The position numbers were made by a program, and so were the translations under genes. From an uncultured Planctomycetaceae bacterium (lineage in GTDB: Bacteria; Planctomycetota; Planctomycetia; Pirellulales; PALSA-1355), in the NCBI GenBank assembly GCA_964598535.1, contig CAZRCI010000016.1, positions 42,032 to 106,031 of the forward strand: DNA of 64,000 bases, read 5' to 3'. Of the stretch, positions 19,239 to 28,759 are shown in pieces (positions within the stretch are counted from its first letter, which is position 1; each line of letters opens with the position of its first letter). Below the pieces are notes generated by a model that saw nothing but the letters and a program-made list of their open reading frames with translations, searched no databases and was not told where the DNA came from.

Positions 19239-20165
19239 ATGCCTTGCCGCCTGCTGCTCGCCGTTGCCGCTGCCTGCGCCTTGCTGACCCCCGCCCTGGC
19301 CTCTGACCTGACCGTCGAAGACACCCCCGGCGGCGTGGCCGTAAAGATCGACGGAAAGCCGTTCGCCGAATACCTGATCAAGAGCGGCAGCAAGCCTATC
19401 GTCTGGCCGATTTACGGCCCCACGGGCAAGCTCATGACGCGCAGTTGGCCCATGGACGACACCGTCGCAACGGAAAAAGACCGAGACCACATTCACCAGC
19501 GTTCGCTGTGGTTGACGCATGGAGATGTAAACGGCATTGACTTTTGGAGCGAAGGCAAAGGTCGAATCGAGCACCGCGAATTCGTGAACAAGAGCGGCGG
19601 CAACGAAGCCGTGCTCGTCACGAAGAACGACTGGGTCAGCCCCGACGGCAAAAAAATCTTGGAAGACGAACGAACGTTTACTTTCGGGGGCGATGAAGAC
19701 GCCCGTTGGATCGATGTCGATGTGGTGCTCAAAGCCACCGAAGGCCCGGTCGTCTTTGGCGATACGAAAGAAGGCTCGTTTGGCGTGCGCGTGCCGTCGA
19801 GCGTTCGCGCCGAGTCGCTCAAAGGCGGCAAGATCGTCAATAGCGATGGAAAAGTGAATCTCGCCGCCTGGGGCAAACCCGCCGCTTGGGTTGACTATTA
19901 CGGTCCCATCGACGGCGAAACCCTGGGGATCGCAATCCTCAATCACCCCTCGAGTTTCCGCTATCCCACGCCCTGGCACGTGCGCACGTACGGGCTGTTT
20001 GCCGCCAATCCGTTTGGCCTTTCTGATTTCACCGGAGGCAAGCAGCAAGGCGAATACACGCTGCCCCAGGGCGAATCGCTTCGACTTCGGCACCGCGTGC
20101 TGCTGCATAAGGGAGACGAGAAAGCGGGCCGCGTTGCCGAAGCCTTCTCGGCATACGCCCAATAG
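19239..20165 (+). CDS. PmoA-like (DUF6807) family exported protein
   Basis: Met at 19239 gives the signal peptide MPCRLLLAVAAACALLTPALA. The motif DHIHQRSLWLTHGDVNGIDFWSEGKG is typical of the family. Confidence 0.6.
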   Translation: MPCRLLLAVAAACALLTPALASDLTVEDTPGGVAVKIDGKPFAEYLIKSGSKPIVWPIYGPTGKLMTRSWPMDDTVATEKDRDHIHQRSLWLTHGDVNGIDFWSEGKGRIEHREFVNKSGGNEAVLVTKNDWVSPDGKKILEDERTFTFGGDEDARWIDVDVVLKATEGPVVFGDTKEGSFGVRVPSSVRAESLKGGKIVNSDGKVNLAAWGKPAAWVDYYGPIDGETLGIAILNHPSSFRYPTPWHVRTYGLFAANPFGLSDFTGGKQQGEYTLPQGESLRLRHRVLLHKGDEKAGRVAEAFSAYAQ

Positions 20166-20443
20166 CCTTGAAGACCCGTCAGTTGGTCTTGTTCGCACGC
20201 ACAGCCCACGTTCGTGTCTGACGGCGCTTGCACCAACTCCGTTCGCAACGAGCAAACTTTAGCTCAACGAACGAGTCGCGCGCATTTTTCCATCTCAACC
20301 AATTTTACCCTCCTTATTGCAGGAGGGGTGGGATTTAGGCCGATAGCAATCTTGGCGATTCAATCGCCTAGATTATCTATCCCGCACGAGAGCCGTCATT
20401 CTACCCAAGCCCTCTGCGAGCCCCTTAGGAGATTCACACGCCC

Positions 20444-20737
20444 ATGGTCACCAGTTCCGCGGTGATACAAACCTTGGACGATTTGCGATTCTACGTCAAA
20501 AACATCCTCTGCCTGGAGAACCAACTCGAGATCGACGCGTTTCCTTTGACCGAACGAACCTTGGTTCGCACAAATCGGCCCTGTGGCATGATGTTTTGCC
20601 TGCATGGCCCGCGAGCGGTCAGGTTGTCGGCAATCTGGGAGACAGAACGCAATACGGTCCTGTTCTACGATCAGACCGGTGAGCGGTTTCGCAAGGTGCA
20701 ACTTGCCGAAGCACCGAGTCTGACTGGCGATGCCTGA
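20444..20737 (+). CDS. Hypothetical 97-aa protein
   Basis: AGGAGA lies 13 nt upstream of the ATG and codon usage looks coding. No family recognised. Confidence 0.5.
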   Translation: MVTSSAVIQTLDDLRFYVKNILCLENQLEIDAFPLTERTLVRTNRPCGMMFCLHGPRAVRLSAIWETERNTVLFYDQTGERFRKVQLAEAPSLTGDA

Positions 20738-20833
20738 TGTCTGCTCGACCCGTCATGGATGTCGGCGAGCGACATTCGGCGGAAACGAGCGATGCAACGT
20801 GCGCGACAACTCTGCGATGAGAAAAATCCGCGC

Positions 20834-20862
20834 TTGACCTCCGCGGACCTAAGTAGTATACA
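20834..20862 (+). promoter_or_regulatory. Sigma70-type promoter candidate for csrA
   Basis: TTGACC (20834-20839), a 17-nt spacer, then TATACA (20857-20862), in an AT-rich patch about 45 nt upstream of the csrA ATG. Confidence 0.4.
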
Positions 20863-20907
20863 TAATTTCACTAATACAAATTTCGATCATACAGGGAGGT
20901 ACGGTCC

Positions 20908-21093
20908 ATGTTGGTTCTGTCCCGGCGCGAGCGCGAGCGAATCAAGCTCGGTGACTCGATCGTGGTGACGGTCGTACGAGTCGCAGGCGATAAAGTACGA
21001 CTGGGTATCGAAGCCCCACCTCACGTGCTGGTGCTTCGCGACGAGTTGGAGCCGCGCACCGGCGCGGAAACAGCGGCGTCCCAAGAGCACTAG
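20908..21093 (+). CDS. csrA: Carbon storage regulator CsrA
   Basis: MLVLSRRERERIKLGDSIVVTVVRVAGDKVRLGIEAPPHVLVLRDEL matches the CsrA fold signature. SD GGGAGG at 20894-20899. Confidence 0.9.
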   Translation: MLVLSRRERERIKLGDSIVVTVVRVAGDKVRLGIEAPPHVLVLRDELEPRTGAETAASQEH

Positions 21094-21289
21094 CAAGCTG
21101 CTGAGAGAGGGCCATAGTGACCTTTTTCAGACTCGCGAAGTGCGGAGCCAAACTCCGCACCACTCGCAAAATGACGACTTGCGCCGCTATCTTGGCATTG
21201 CCTGAGCTTGGTTTCTGCGGTCACTGGCGTCCCAGCCATAACCGGCCATCCAAGTCCGATAAGTCTCGTATCGGTGTGCAAGAAAAACT

Positions 21290-21344
21290 AGCCCCGCGAG
21301 GGTCGACACTTCGTGCCCGTCGACCCGCGCGGGGCTTTGCTTTT
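21290..21344. terminator. Bidirectional intrinsic terminator between convergent csrA and the phosphotransferase operon
   Basis: 18-bp stem agccccgcgagggtcgac / gtcgacccgcgcggggct with 1 mismatch and an 11-nt loop. It is flanked by AAAAA upstream and TTGCTTTT downstream. Confidence 0.7.
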
Positions 21345-21411
21345 AATGCGGTGCATCGCGCAACCACGCCGGCGTCCATCAACGCGTCCAAGGATCGCTG
21401 GCTGCGCCTCT

Positions 21412-22500
21412 CTACAGCGCCCCCTCGGTCACCGCCCGAACGGCTTCTTGCGAGAGCGCGGCGACCGTCTTATCGAAATGCGCGAAGCGTTCGTCCTTGG
21501 TAAACCCCTGCACGTAGCGGGCATAAATCTGTTGCACGATCACGGCCGTCTTATAGAGGCCAAACGCATAGTAGAATAACACGTTCGACGTATCGTACCC
21601 GCTCCGCTCACCGTAGTAGTCCGCCAATTCGCGGCGCGTCATGCTGCCGGGCATTGCCGTCGGTCCAAACGCATGCACCTGCAATGCCGGGCCGTCCTTG
21701 GCTTCGACCCAATAAGCCAGCACCGTCCCCAGGTCCATCAGCGGATCGCCGAGCGTGCACATCTCCCAATCGAGCACGGCCACGATCTTCGTCAGATCGT
21801 TCGGATCGAGCATGATGTTGTCGAATTTGTAATCGTTATGCACCAACGTGCCGGCCACCTCGGGAGGCATGTTTGCCGGAAAGTACGCCTTCAGGAACTC
21901 CATGTCCGCGACTTCGCTGGTCTTCGAGGCTTCGTAACGTTTGATCCAACCGCCAACCTGACGGCCGACATAGCCCTCGGGCTTCCCCAAATCGGCAAGT
22001 CCCGCCGCCGCATAGTCCAGGTGATGGAACGCCACCAGGTTATCGATGAACGACCGATTCAATTTGGCCAGCGTTTCCGAGTCGAGCGCGAGCCCCGCCG
22101 GGAGCTTCCTCCGCAACACCACGCCGCGGCGCCGTTCCATGCAATAGAACGGCGCCCCGAGCACGGCCTCGTCCTCGCAATAGACAAGCGGCTCGGGTGC
22201 CGGCGCGTACACTTTGTGCAGCTTAGACAGCACTTTGTATTCGCGGCCCATATCGTGCGCGCTTTTCACCCGATTGCCAAACGGCGGCCGCCGTAGCACC
22301 AACTCTTGGTCTCCCAGCTTGATGAGGTACGTCAGGTTCGACGCCCCGCCCGGGAACTGCTCGACCACGAGCGGCCCCTTACTCCCGGAAAGCTGCTCGA
22401 GCAGATACGCTTCGAGTTGGGGGATATCGAGCTCCTCGCCCGCACGGACGGGCTTCGTGGTGTCGAGGATGTTGGTCATGGTTCTCAACCTCTGGGGCAC
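21412..22500 (-). CDS. APH-fold phosphotransferase (ACAD10/ACAD11 kinase-domain type)
   Basis: GGASNLTYLI nucleotide loop, catalytic HNDYKFDNIML (HxDxxxxN), and LDWEMCTLGDP. Confidence 0.8.
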   Translation of the reverse strand: MPQRLRTMTNILDTTKPVRAGEELDIPQLEAYLLEQLSGSKGPLVVEQFPGGASNLTYLIKLGDQELVLRRPPFGNRVKSAHDMGREYKVLSKLHKVYAPAPEPLVYCEDEAVLGAPFYCMERRRGVVLRRKLPAGLALDSETLAKLNRSFIDNLVAFHHLDYAAAGLADLGKPEGYVGRQVGGWIKRYEASKTSEVADMEFLKAYFPANMPPEVAGTLVHNDYKFDNIMLDPNDLTKIVAVLDWEMCTLGDPLMDLGTVLAYWVEAKDGPALQVHAFGPTAMPGSMTRRELADYYGERSGYDTSNVLFYYAFGLYKTAVIVQQIYARYVQGFTKDERFAHFDKTVAALSQEAVRAVTEGAL

Positions 22501-22554
22501 GGGTTCACTTGGCGACTATTCGCACGTTTTCCTGCTTTTCCTGTTTGTAAACGC

Positions 22555-23274
22555 CTACCGATATGTCCACATCTCCGGATCTTCCAGATGCGGCACGGCG
22601 TTAAACCCTTCCAGCGTGACGCGCGGCCCGCTAAAGACAAACTCGGTTACCGAAGCGTTGCGGATTCGCCAGCCGAGATCGAGGGCCTTGGCGTCGTGAC
22701 AGCCGAGGGCCGCTTGCAGACAGGCCGTGATTGCGCCGACCGAACTGAACGCCGCGATTCGCCGGCCGCGTCCCCTGCCGTTCATCAAACCCGTAAAGCC
22801 GCGCCGCACGCGTTCGCCAAACTCGGTCCACGACTCGACGCCCTCGGCGCCAATCTTGCCTTCGACCCATAAGCCCACGATCGGCTCGAACATGAGTTGA
22901 AACGTGCGATGCTTGTCGCGCGGCTCGGTGGCGGCCTTGTAGTCGGCCAGCAATTCGCCGATGCGCGGATAGTCAGTCACGATCTGCTTGATCGTTTGCT
23001 TGATCAACCGGTCGACCTGGTGCTCGTCGAGTTCAGGCACGATCCGGGGCTCGGGCCACGAGAGTCCCGCGCGGGCATAAGCCTCGCCCACGAGCGCCGC
23101 GGTTTCAATCTGCCGCACGCGCGGACCGGTCACGACTTCGTCGAACCGCATTCCACGCCGCAGCCAGTGCTCGCCCAAGAGGCGTGCCTGCCGCTCGCCG
23201 AGCGCTGAAAGCTGATCGTAATTGTCGGCAAAGAACGAAGCCTGCCCATGCCGCACGAGTGCCAAAGTGCCCAT
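22555..23274 (-). CDS. Histidine phosphatase (phosphoglycerate mutase-like) family protein
   Basis: N-terminal LALVRHGQASF (RHG catalytic motif), 239 aa. Confidence 0.8.
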   Translation of the reverse strand: MGTLALVRHGQASFFADNYDQLSALGERQARLLGEHWLRRGMRFDEVVTGPRVRQIETAALVGEAYARAGLSWPEPRIVPELDEHQVDRLIKQTIKQIVTDYPRIGELLADYKAATEPRDKHRTFQLMFEPIVGLWVEGKIGAEGVESWTEFGERVRRGFTGLMNGRGRGRRIAAFSSVGAITACLQAALGCHDAKALDLGWRIRNASVTEFVFSGPRVTLEGFNAVPHLEDPEMWTYR

Positions 23275-23295
23275 CGCCGCCGTGCCTTCCCTTTC

Positions 23296-24099
23296 TTACA
23301 TCAAGGTGCCGCCGCCGGCTTCCAGAATCTTGGCCTGAATGCGCCGCATGCCCGCGATCCAGCGTTCGGGGTCAACCGCTTTCCGCTGCACGTACTCGGC
23401 CACGATCGGATGCGGCAGGATCAAGAACTTTTCCTCGGCCAGGCCGCGAATGACATACTCGGCCACCTCTTCGGGCGTAATTGCCTCGGGACGCAGCGCC
23501 GCGGTAGCGGGACCGGCTTCGGGGTGCATTAGCATATTCGTGAACACGCCCTGCGGGCAAAGGCACGACACCTTGATCTCCGGCCCGTGCGTAATCGAAA
23601 GCCATTCGGCCAGCGCCACGGCCGCATGCTTGGTCGCGGCATACGGCGCGCTGCCGATCGACGACAGTAAGCCCGCGGCCGAGGACGTTTGCAACAGATA
23701 ACCATCGCCGCGAGCGAGCATCTGCGGCAGCACGTGCCGCGCCGCCCAGACGTGCGCCATGAAATTGATATTCCAAATGCGCTGCCACTCGCTGTCCGGC
23801 GCCTCGACGCCCCCGCCAATCGCGATTCCGGCGTTCGAGCAAAACAGATCGATCTGGCCGAACTTCGCCGTGGCCTCGTCCACCAACTGTTTGATATCGG
23901 CCTCTTTCGAGACGTCGCACGTGACCGCAACGGCGCCGATCTCCTCGGCGGCCTCCTGCGTATGCACCGGATCGATGTCGGCTACGACGATGCCTCGCGC
24001 GCCTTCAATGGCGAACCGCCGGCAGAGCGCCCGCCCAATACCGTTCGCTCCGCCAGTCACCACGGCGACTTTACCGCTCAGATGCATGATTCGCTCCAC
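23296..24099 (-). CDS. SDR family oxidoreductase
   Basis: [15 protein letters not shown] (TGxxxGxG) and YAATKHA (YxxxK). Confidence 0.85.
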   Translation of the reverse strand: MERIMHLSGKVAVVTGGANGIGRALCRRFAIEGARGIVVADIDPVHTQEAAEEIGAVAVTCDVSKEADIKQLVDEATAKFGQIDLFCSNAGIAIGGGVEAPDSEWQRIWNINFMAHVWAARHVLPQMLARGDGYLLQTSSAAGLLSSIGSAPYAATKHAAVALAEWLSITHGPEIKVSCLCPQGVFTNMLMHPEAGPATAALRPEAITPEEVAEYVIRGLAEEKFLILPHPIVAEYVQRKAVDPERWIAGMRRIQAKILEAGGGTLM

Positions 24100-24107
24100 C
24101 TCGGCAG

Positions 24108-25310
24108 TTACGAATGTTTTCTCAATTCCAACTTGGCGATCGATTCGCGGTGGACTTCATCCGGACCATCGGCCAGCCGTAGCGTACGGGCATTGGCCCA
24201 GGCATCGGCCAACGGAAAGTCACCGCAAACGCCCGCGGCGCCGTGGGCCTGAATCGCGCGATCGAGCACCCGCAGCGCCATGTTCGGCGCCACGACCTTG
24301 ATCATCGCGATCTCGGCCCGGGCCGATTTATTGCCGGCCGCGTCCATCATCGCGGCGGCCTTGAGCGTGAGCAAGCGTGCTTGCTCGATCTCGATGCGCG
24401 AGTCGGCGATGTCCGCGCGAATCGTCCCTTGCGCGGCGATGGGCTTGCCGAACGCCACTCGCCGAGTTACGCGCCGGCACATCGCTTCCAGCGCACGTTC
24501 GGCGAGCCCAATCAGCCGCATGCAATGATGAATGCGTCCGGGCCCGAGCCGCCCCTGGGCGATCTCGAACCCGCGCCCCTCGCCGAGCAACAAGTTGCTG
24601 GCCGGCACGCGCACGTTGTCGTAGGTCACCTCGGCATGGCCGTGCGGCGCGTGGTCGTAGCCGAAGACCGTCAACATGCGCTCGACCTTGACCCCCGGCG
24701 TATCGAACGGAACCAGGATCATCGATTGCTGCTTGTGAATCTCGGCTTGCGGATCGGTCTTGCCCATGAAGATCGCGATCTTGCAGCGCGGGTCGCCGGC
24801 CCCGGAGCTCCACCATTTGCGACCATTGATTACATAGTGATCGCCATCGCGCACGATGCTCGACTGAATATTGGTTGCGTCGCTCGAGGCAACGTCCGGC
24901 TCGGTCATGGCAAAGCACGAGCGAATTTCGCCGGCCAACAGCGGTTCGAGCCACTGCTTCTGCTGCTCGGGAGTGCCGTACTGGGCCAGCACCTCCATGT
25001 TACCCGTATCGGGCGCCGAGCAATTGAACACCTCGGGGGCCATGTGCGAACGGCCCATGATCTCGCACAGCGGGGCATACTCCAGGTTGGTCAACCCGGC
25101 GCCGTGGGCCCTGTCGGGCAGAAACAAGTTCCAGAGCCCGGCCTCGCGAGCCTTGGGCTTGAGCCGTTCAATGATTTGCGACGGTTGCCAGCGGTCGCCG
25201 TGATTGATTTCGTCGTGCCAGGCCTGCTCGTTCGGGTAGATGTGCTCTTCCATGAATGCGGCGAGCCGCCGCTGAAGGTCCTTCACCTTGTCCGAATGCT
25301 CGAAGTTCAT
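24108..25310 (-). CDS. Acyl-CoA dehydrogenase family protein, ACAD10/ACAD11-type
   Basis: [44 protein letters not shown] and [10 protein letters not shown] are segments I recognise from the ACAD10/11 dehydrogenase domain. Confidence 0.85.
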   Translation of the reverse strand: MNFEHSDKVKDLQRRLAAFMEEHIYPNEQAWHDEINHGDRWQPSQIIERLKPKAREAGLWNLFLPDRAHGAGLTNLEYAPLCEIMGRSHMAPEVFNCSAPDTGNMEVLAQYGTPEQQKQWLEPLLAGEIRSCFAMTEPDVASSDATNIQSSIVRDGDHYVINGRKWWSSGAGDPRCKIAIFMGKTDPQAEIHKQQSMILVPFDTPGVKVERMLTVFGYDHAPHGHAEVTYDNVRVPASNLLLGEGRGFEIAQGRLGPGRIHHCMRLIGLAERALEAMCRRVTRRVAFGKPIAAQGTIRADIADSRIEIEQARLLTLKAAAMMDAAGNKSARAEIAMIKVVAPNMALRVLDRAIQAHGAAGVCGDFPLADAWANARTLRLADGPDEVHRESIAKLELRKHS

Positions 25311-25495
25311 GATCCGCCCCCAGAGAGAATCGAGGTATGAGGCCGCACATCCACATGCGGTTCTCGAACCGGTATGCGCGGCCGGAATCCGCCTTAAGGC
25401 TTGCGCTCGGCGGGTTTACATCCTACCGAACGGACGGTAGATTCGCTATCAGGGTCCGCACATTTCCACTTCACTGCCCTTCGCTCAGGTGCCCT

Positions 25496-26674
25496 ATGAC
25501 CGCCGACAGCCAGAAGATCCTGGCCGATGTTGAAGCCTACTGCCAGGAATTGCGGCCGATCGAAGAGCTCTGTTATCTCGAGCATCGCTATAACGAAGCG
25601 ACCGTTTCGCTGGCCAAGAAGTACCACCTGCTCGGCATTCCAATTCCCGTCGAGTTGGGCGGACGCGGCGCCGACGCGCTGACCTATGCTCGGGCGCTTG
25701 CCCGCATCGGTCGAGAAGGCACCGGGGTGCGCACTTTTTTCTCCGGGCAAACCTCGATCGGGCAGTATCCCATCTGGCGCTACGGCAATGCCGATCAACA
25801 TCAGCGTTATCTGCCGGCCTCGTGCCGGGGTGAAAAGATCCTGGCCTTTGGCCTCACCGAGCCCGACGCCGGCTCGAATCCGCTGGAGATGACGAGCACC
25901 TATCGCCGTAGCGGCGACAAGTTCTTGCTCAACGGCGTGAAGTATCTGATCTCCAACGGCGGGATCGCCGACGCGGTCGTCTGCTTCGCGTATCCCGAGG
26001 ACAAAACCGGCAAGGATCGCCGAATGAGCGCGTTCATCGTCGATACGGCCGGCGAGACGTTCGAAGCGGAAGACCTGTCGGCCAAACCGGGCATGTTCAG
26101 CGCCAACACCGGCATGTTCCAAATGACCGACCACCCGGTGCCCGCCGAAAACTTGCTGGGCGAAGAGGGCAACGGCTTCCGCGTTGCCATGGGGACCCTG
26201 ATCTCGGGCCGCCTAAGCGTGGCCGCCGGCTGCCTGGGCGTCATCGAAGACTGCCTGGCCGAGGCGCTCGAATACGCGCGCACGCGCATCCAACACGGCA
26301 AGCCGATTGGCAAGCATCAACTCGTGCAAGAACATATCGCGATGATCGAGATCGGCCGCGCCGCGAGCGATGCCCTGATCGAACGTGCCGCGCTCGCCAA
26401 AGACGCCTCGGACAAGAATCGCGGCGACAAGCAGCTATTGGCCGAGGCCGATACGCGCGTCGCCCAGGCCAAGTTCTTTGCCTCGAACGCGGCCTGGGAA
26501 GCCGCCGATCGGGCGGTACAGGTCTATGGCGGCCGCGGCTGGAGCGAGTTGTACCGCGTTGGCCGCCACTTGCAAGACGTGCGCGTGTGCCGCATCTACG
26601 AAGGCACCGACGAGATCATGAAACTCAAGATCGCGTCTTCGTTGCTGGGCAAGGACTTCGCCGCGTTTGGCTAA
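25496..26674 (+). CDS. Acyl-CoA dehydrogenase (conventional type)
   Basis: The track ORF starts at 25337. Met at 25496 (MTADSQKILADVEAYCQ) is preferred. LAFGLTEPDAGSNP and IYEGTDEIMKL motifs. Confidence 0.85.
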   Translation: MTADSQKILADVEAYCQELRPIEELCYLEHRYNEATVSLAKKYHLLGIPIPVELGGRGADALTYARALARIGREGTGVRTFFSGQTSIGQYPIWRYGNADQHQRYLPASCRGEKILAFGLTEPDAGSNPLEMTSTYRRSGDKFLLNGVKYLISNGGIADAVVCFAYPEDKTGKDRRMSAFIVDTAGETFEAEDLSAKPGMFSANTGMFQMTDHPVPAENLLGEEGNGFRVAMGTLISGRLSVAAGCLGVIEDCLAEALEYARTRIQHGKPIGKHQLVQEHIAMIEIGRAASDALIERAALAKDASDKNRGDKQLLAEADTRVAQAKFFASNAAWEAADRAVQVYGGRGWSELYRVGRHLQDVRVCRIYEGTDEIMKLKIASSLLGKDFAAFG

Positions 26675-26698
26675 TCCGCACCAGGGGAGCGCGATCCG

Positions 26699-27547
26699 GT
26701 GAGTAACGTCTATCGTGGTCGCATTGCTCCCACGCCCAGCGGTCCTCTGCACTTGGGACATGCCCGAACGTTTTGGATCGCGCGGCAGCGCGCTTGCGAT
26801 GCGGGGGGTATCCTGCTGCTGCGGAATGAAGACCTCGATCCCGACCGCTGCAAACCGCAATTTGCCGCGCAAATGCTTGAAGACCTGCGTTGGTTCGGCT
26901 TTTGTTGGCAAGAAGGACCGGACCGCGGCGGGCCGTACGCGCCCTACGTGCAGAGCCAGCGCCGCGCGTCGTATCTCACAAGCTGGCGGGCGTTGGCCGC
27001 GGCCGGAGCGATTTATCCCAGCTCCCATTCCCGCAAGGACATCGCCGCGGCACTCGTCGCCCCGCACGACGACCCTGTCGCCGCGGACGCCGAACCGCTC
27101 TTCCCCCCTGCCCTGCGGCCAGCCTTGTCGACGTTCACCATGCCAACCGCGCCCGGCGAAATGAACTGGCGTTTCCGCATACCCGACGGCGAAGTGCTCT
27201 CGTTCGTCGATGGACGCCACGGACTGGTCGAGCGAACGGCTGGCGTCGACTTCGGAGATTTTCTCATTTGGCGGAAAGATGGCTTCCCGGCGTACGAATT
27301 GGCCGTGGTGCATGACGACCACGCGATGCAAATTACCGAAGTCGTTCGCGGCGACGATCTGCTGACCTCGACCGCCCGGCAACTCTTGCTTTACCGCGCG
27401 CTCGGTTGGCAACCGCCGGCCTTCTACCATTGCGAGCTGATGCGCGACGCCGAAGGCCAACGTCTCGCCAAGCGGACCGATGCCGTGTCGCTCGCGGCGC
27501 TTCGCCAACAAGGCCACACGCCCGAGCAGTTGCGCGCCGGCTGGTGA
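26699..27547 (+). CDS. gluQ: tRNA glutamyl-Q(34) synthetase (GluRS catalytic-domain paralogue)
   Basis: GTG start. YRGRIAPTPSGPLHLGHARTFWIA, and the 282-aa size lacks an anticodon-binding domain. Confidence 0.85.
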   Translation: MSNVYRGRIAPTPSGPLHLGHARTFWIARQRACDAGGILLLRNEDLDPDRCKPQFAAQMLEDLRWFGFCWQEGPDRGGPYAPYVQSQRRASYLTSWRALAAAGAIYPSSHSRKDIAAALVAPHDDPVAADAEPLFPPALRPALSTFTMPTAPGEMNWRFRIPDGEVLSFVDGRHGLVERTAGVDFGDFLIWRKDGFPAYELAVVHDDHAMQITEVVRGDDLLTSTARQLLLYRALGWQPPAFYHCELMRDAEGQRLAKRTDAVSLAALRQQGHTPEQLRAGW

Positions 27548-27604
27548 TATCCAGATTGCTTTCGGCGCTGACTTGCGGCGCTCGCGCGGCGTATAATTCG
27601 CGCG

Positions 27605-28759
27605 ATGGCAGTGACGAGACTCCTTTCTCAGCCCAGGCGAGGTCCGGCCGTGATCGTTGGCATTCCCAAGGAAATCAAGCGTGACGAATATCGCGTGGCC
27701 CTGCTGCCCGTGGGCGCTGAAGAGCTCGTACGCGCCGGGCATCGCATTCTGGTCGAACAAGGAGCCGGGCTCGGCTCCGGACTCCCCGATCAGCAGTACG
27801 CGCAAGCGGGGGCCGAGGTCGTGGCCACCGCGGCCGAGGTGTTCGCCGAGGCAGACATGATCGTCAAGGTCAAGGAACCGCTCGAAGCCGAATGGCCGTT
27901 ATTGCGATCGGGCCAGACGCTGTTCACCTACTTTCACTTCGCGGCCGACCGCCGCCTGACCGAAACGGTGCTGGCCAGCGGGGCGACGGCCGTGGCCTAT
28001 GAAACCCTGCGCGATGAGCATGGACGGCTACCGTTGCTGACGCCCATGAGCGAAGTTGCGGGGCGCATGAGCATTCAAGAGGGCGCCAAATATCTCGAAC
28101 GCCCGCAAATGGGACGCGGCATCTTGCTAGGCGGCGTGCCCGGCGTGGCGCCGGCCCATATCACGATCCTCGGCGGCGGAATCGTCGGCGCCAACGCGGC
28201 CAAGGTCGCCGCCGGCTTCGGCGCGGACATCGGCCTGCTCGATATCAACATGGACCGCCTCCGCTATCTCGACGATATCATGCCGGCGAACGTCGACGTG
28301 CTCTTTAGCGACCGGCATACGATCCGCGAACAACTCGAACGCGCCGACCTGGTTATCGGGGCCGTGTTGATCCCGGGCGCCAAGGCTCCGCGCCTGATCG
28401 AGCGTGAAGATCTGAAACGCATGAAGCCCGGCAGCGTGATCATCGACGTGGCGATCGATCAGGGCGGCTGCATCGCGACGAGCCGGCCCACGACGCACAG
28501 CGAGCCGACATTCATCGTCGACGACGTGGTTCACTACTGCGTGACTAACATGCCAGGCGCCGTCGGGCGCACGAGCACGTATGCCTTGTGCAACGTAACG
28601 CTGCCCTGGGTGCTGGCCATCGCCAGCCGAGGCATCGAGCGCGCCGCCCAAGAGCTGCGGCCCGTCGCGCATGCGGTCAACATCATCGCCGGCGAGGTGA
28701 CCAACCAGGCGGTGGCACGGACGTTCGACTTGCCGTATGTAAACCGGTTCAATCTCTGA
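27605..28759 (+). CDS. ald: Alanine dehydrogenase
   Basis: VIVGIPKEIKRDEYRVALLP and ILGGGIVGANAAKVAAGFGA. The true start may be the GTG at 27650. Confidence 0.9.
   Translation: MAVTRLLSQPRRGPAVIVGIPKEIKRDEYRVALLPVGAEELVRAGHRILVEQGAGLGSGLPDQQYAQAGAEVVATAAEVFAEADMIVKVKEPLEAEWPLLRSGQTLFTYFHFAADRRLTETVLASGATAVAYETLRDEHGRLPLLTPMSEVAGRMSIQEGAKYLERPQMGRGILLGGVPGVAPAHITILGGGIVGANAAKVAAGFGADIGLLDINMDRLRYLDDIMPANVDVLFSDRHTIREQLERADLVIGAVLIPGAKAPRLIEREDLKRMKPGSVIIDVAIDQGGCIATSRPTTHSEPTFIVDDVVHYCVTNMPGAVGRTSTYALCNVTLPWVLAIASRGIERAAQELRPVAHAVNIIAGEVTNQAVARTFDLPYVNRFNL

Noticed and set aside
19047-20255. 402-aa minus-strand ORF
   Set aside because: It is antisense to the PmoA-like gene and the 3' end of the PA14 protein gene. 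Its composition is Arg/Gly/Ala-rich, with no SD and no motifs.
20444-20737. Possibility that the 97-aa gene upstream of csrA is fliW
   Set aside because: It is too short and shows none of the FliW sequence character I remember. It is kept as hypothetical.
26435-27805. 456-aa minus-strand ORF with a TTG start
   Set aside because: It is antisense to gluQ and to the ends of the ACAD and ald genes, all of which have clear family motifs. It is low-complexity Arg/Gly/Ala sequence.
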